A stretch of DNA of 64,000 nt from Octopus bimaculoides. Lineage: Eukaryota. Shown in pieces: positions 61,228-64,000 of this stretch. The DNA is taken from positions 173,429,293-173,493,292 of the forward strand of contig NC_068981.1 of the NCBI RefSeq assembly GCF_001194135.2. Direction: 5' to 3'. The first letter of the stretch is position 1, and each line of letters begins with the position of its first letter. Both the position numbers and the translations under genes were made by a program. Below the pieces are notes generated by a model, which had not been told where the DNA came from, searched no databases, and was given only the letters and a program-made list of their open reading frames with translations.

Positions 61228-62222
61228 CTAGCAAAAAGAAAGGAAAATAATGTGTGTTACAAGTAATTAATATTAACAAAATTGTTGCACGAATACACAA
61301 GTATAATTAATAGAATAAGGAGGAAAAATTAATAAAAATAACGAGAATGTAGATTTGAAAATTCATGGCAGTAATATAAATGTTACAAAGGGTCTTACAT
61401 AACATAATGAAAGGGAGTTTTAATTTAATTATGAACAGTTTAAAATAAGAGATTTTGTCTCAGATAAGTTCATATCAAAGTGGTTAGGAGATGCTGTTAC
61501 ACAGACAATCATACATTTTTTGAAATCATTGTAAGTAGATATTTGCTGCCGAGGTACAGCAATAAATAAGTTAAGTCAGAACTGTCAGATGTGTAATGTT
61601 AACTCATAAGGCATAGTAAAGAAAATTAACTGGAGAAGTGATTTGGTAACAATAGCATTAGCTGATGTATGCAAGAAAAATGCATTGGTGTGGATATTTA
61701 ACATCATATGCTTATTACAAGGTGTAAATTGACAATGGAAATTAACTGTAGTCAGCTGTTCCTTTCCCAAAACTTTGGATAGGATGCTATGCCATTGTAA
61801 TATATGTTGGCTCCTTGTATCCTAAGTAAACTGAGGTAATTATATATTAAATGTTTTTCTTAGACTCCATGAAAGCCCTGAAAGTACAAACTCATCATTA
61901 TTCTTATTTACCCAGATATTTTGAAGAATGGATAAATTAATGTAAAAGTATATTCAAATGTATACACCACTTATCTAAACTAAAGTAGGAGTGGACTAAG
62001 GAAAATTTGAGATGAAGTTTTAGATGAAACCTGAAAATAAAGATGATTTATGACAGAGGCTGAATAGAAAAATATGTATTAGAGACCCATATAACTCATG
62101 ACAGCATGGAAAACTGGACATTAAGACCAAAATTATGATAAAAATGAAGATGATAATGATGATGGAGATAAATTAATGATGACGGCAATGAGAATATGTT
62201 AGAAAGGAAGGGAGAGAATTAC

Positions 62223-62387
62223 CTTTCTAAGCTGAAAATCATCTTCTATTTGACCATCAATATTCATATGTTGCTGCCAAATTTCTTCTGTAACTAAACC
62301 ATAGACACCTTCTTCTGGATGGCACTGACTGTCCATTAATGTAGGCTGGACAATCAGAAACTGGCGATAAGGCGATTCATCTTTACG
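62223..62387 (-). CDS. TBC1D16: TBC1D16 exon (RKDESPYRQFLIVQPTL...CHPEEG...GQIEDDFQLRK)
   Basis: Acceptor tgtttgcag, donor gtaatt, 165 nt, phase 0-0. Matches human THPEES...GQVEEEYKLRK. Confidence 0.93.
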
Positions 62388-63624
62388 CTGCAAACAATTT
62401 ATAATTTCAAAATATCAATGATAAAGATTACAAAGATTAGAAATATCAGATCTAGTCAGTTTGGCTGCCAGCATCGAATCAGTTGAAGTTAATTTCATAT
62501 TTAGTGTAATGATACTCTTTTATTGGCTAATGAATTGAAAATCATTTTCACTATAAATCAATAAATAAAGAGTTATTAGCAATTAAAGTTTGAAAATTTT
62601 GGTAATTTTAGCCAATTGTAAGCCACAGACACAGTCATGCCTGTTGCCATAGTAACAAGCAGAACATGAGAACACTTTCGTCTGTGAGAAAGCACATGTT
62701 GATAAATACATTGAAACCACTTGTTTTACCTATCTGATGGCAATTGAACATGTGAATTTATGTAGCGCAGGAGATATGAAAATTGTGATTTGTTTGAGAA
62801 ATTGATTGAATGCATATTTAACTTTTGCTTTCAATGAATGTTTTTTTAAAAGTATTTAATTTGTAATGTGCTATTTTGTTTTTAGATAAATCTTTTAAGT
62901 TTGTGCTATCGCATTAAATGCATATTGAATGCTTAAAACTACAAAAAACATGTTGTTTACTCTTTCTTTTTTTTGTTAACCCGAAAGATGGTACTCACAC
63001 TCAACAAGTGGAGATGATGTGGGCCTCTGTAAAGCGAGTAATAAACGACACTGTGGCACTCACCATTCTATGGTAGATTCATATCTCTGTGAATTTATGA
63101 GGTGCAGGAGATACAAAAATTGTGATTTGAGAAATTAATTGAATGTATTTCTAACTTTCATTTTTAATTTTAAAACTATTTTGTAATGTGTTACTTATTG
63201 CATGCTTAAATGTTTGTTTTTGAAGCATATTTTGTTCACTCATTTATTTTCATATATAACATATAAATGTGTACATCTTTTAGAACATTGTCATTTTATA
63301 AGATTTTGCTGGCAAATTTCAAAATTAACATAAACATTTATTTACATGAAAGAAAATTACTAGAGAACTTTCATCTAATTCTTCCAAATTTTTCTGTTAA
63401 AACTGTATTGAAACCATTTGTGGGGAAAAATTGTAATGTGTTTATTGCATGTAACGTATTGTTCATTGCATTTACATTAAATGCATATTGAATGCTTAAA
63501 ACTATTTGTTTACTTATTTCTTTTTGTCACTGAGGTATGCTAAAAATAACAGCTAAATAACGTGTAAAACCAGCAATTAAAACAAGAAAAATCAAGAGAT
63601 AAGAAGACTTATGTGGTTCTGTAC

Positions 63625-63797
63625 CCTTTCTCTTGCATTTGCAAACAGGTTCCACTCTTCAAATATTGAAGCTAACTTGTCAAGTCCACTGTGATGGAAA
63701 TGTAAAATTTTATACTGGCTTTCTCGGCTTGCAATGACAACTTGACCCCGCGTACACTCTCGATCGTTATAAAACAGCCGCAGAGAACGCATTTGTG
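63625..63797 (-). CDS. TBC1D16: TBC1D16 exon (QMRSLRLFYNDRECTRGQVVIASRESQYKILHFHHSGLDKLASIFEEWNLFANARER)
   Basis: Acceptor tgtttacag, donor gtacag, 173 nt, phase 1-0. Matches human QMKSLRLFFSDEACTSGQLVVASRESQYKVFHFHHGGLDKL. Upstream exons lie outside the window. Confidence 0.93.
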
Positions 63798-64000
63798 CTG
63801 TAAACAAAAGATAACTATATTAGAAAATTTATAACAAAAACATCAAAAAATAAATTCCTGGAAATATTTTCAATTTTTAAATTAATTTCCTTATATCAGA
63901 TGTTGTAAGTTTTAATCATGATCCTCACAAAATGATGGGAATGTTTACAAGTATAAAGATCATTATTACAAACGAAGTTGGCTCATATCAAACAATACTG

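Overview
AT-rich, repeat-dense eukaryotic DNA with six N-gaps. The SINE/RTE repeat repertoire and microsatellites point to an octopus (coleoid cephalopod) scaffold; this is inferred, not proven. Two conserved multi-exon genes lie on the minus strand. I rebuilt their exons by hand from GT-AG sites, reading-frame phase and recalled human homologues. TRPC4AP (TRUSS) starts at ATG 22832, nine coding exons were found, and the gene runs off the left edge; one expected exon was not found. The 3' half of TBC1D16 (Rab-GAP) enters from the right edge with eight exons and stops at 49423. Between them is an unrecognised 394-aa plus-strand ORF (42880-44064) and a gene-free region with RFX X-box motifs (about 34.2-35.7 kb). 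Much of the remainder is mobile DNA: two RTE LINE families, tRNA-derived SINEs, two Tigger/pogo elements, mariner and Tc1/maT remnants, piggyBac-like and Tigger MITEs, a Helitron-like element, a probable solo LTR and a ~920-bp foldback. I see no clearly new multi-gene system. The best leads are the orphan ORF with a possible RFX/FOX promoter, a pre-miRNA-sized hairpin upstream of TRPC4AP, and long intronic inverted repeats that could form ADAR substrates. Repeat boundaries are approximate unless TSDs or TIRs are given.
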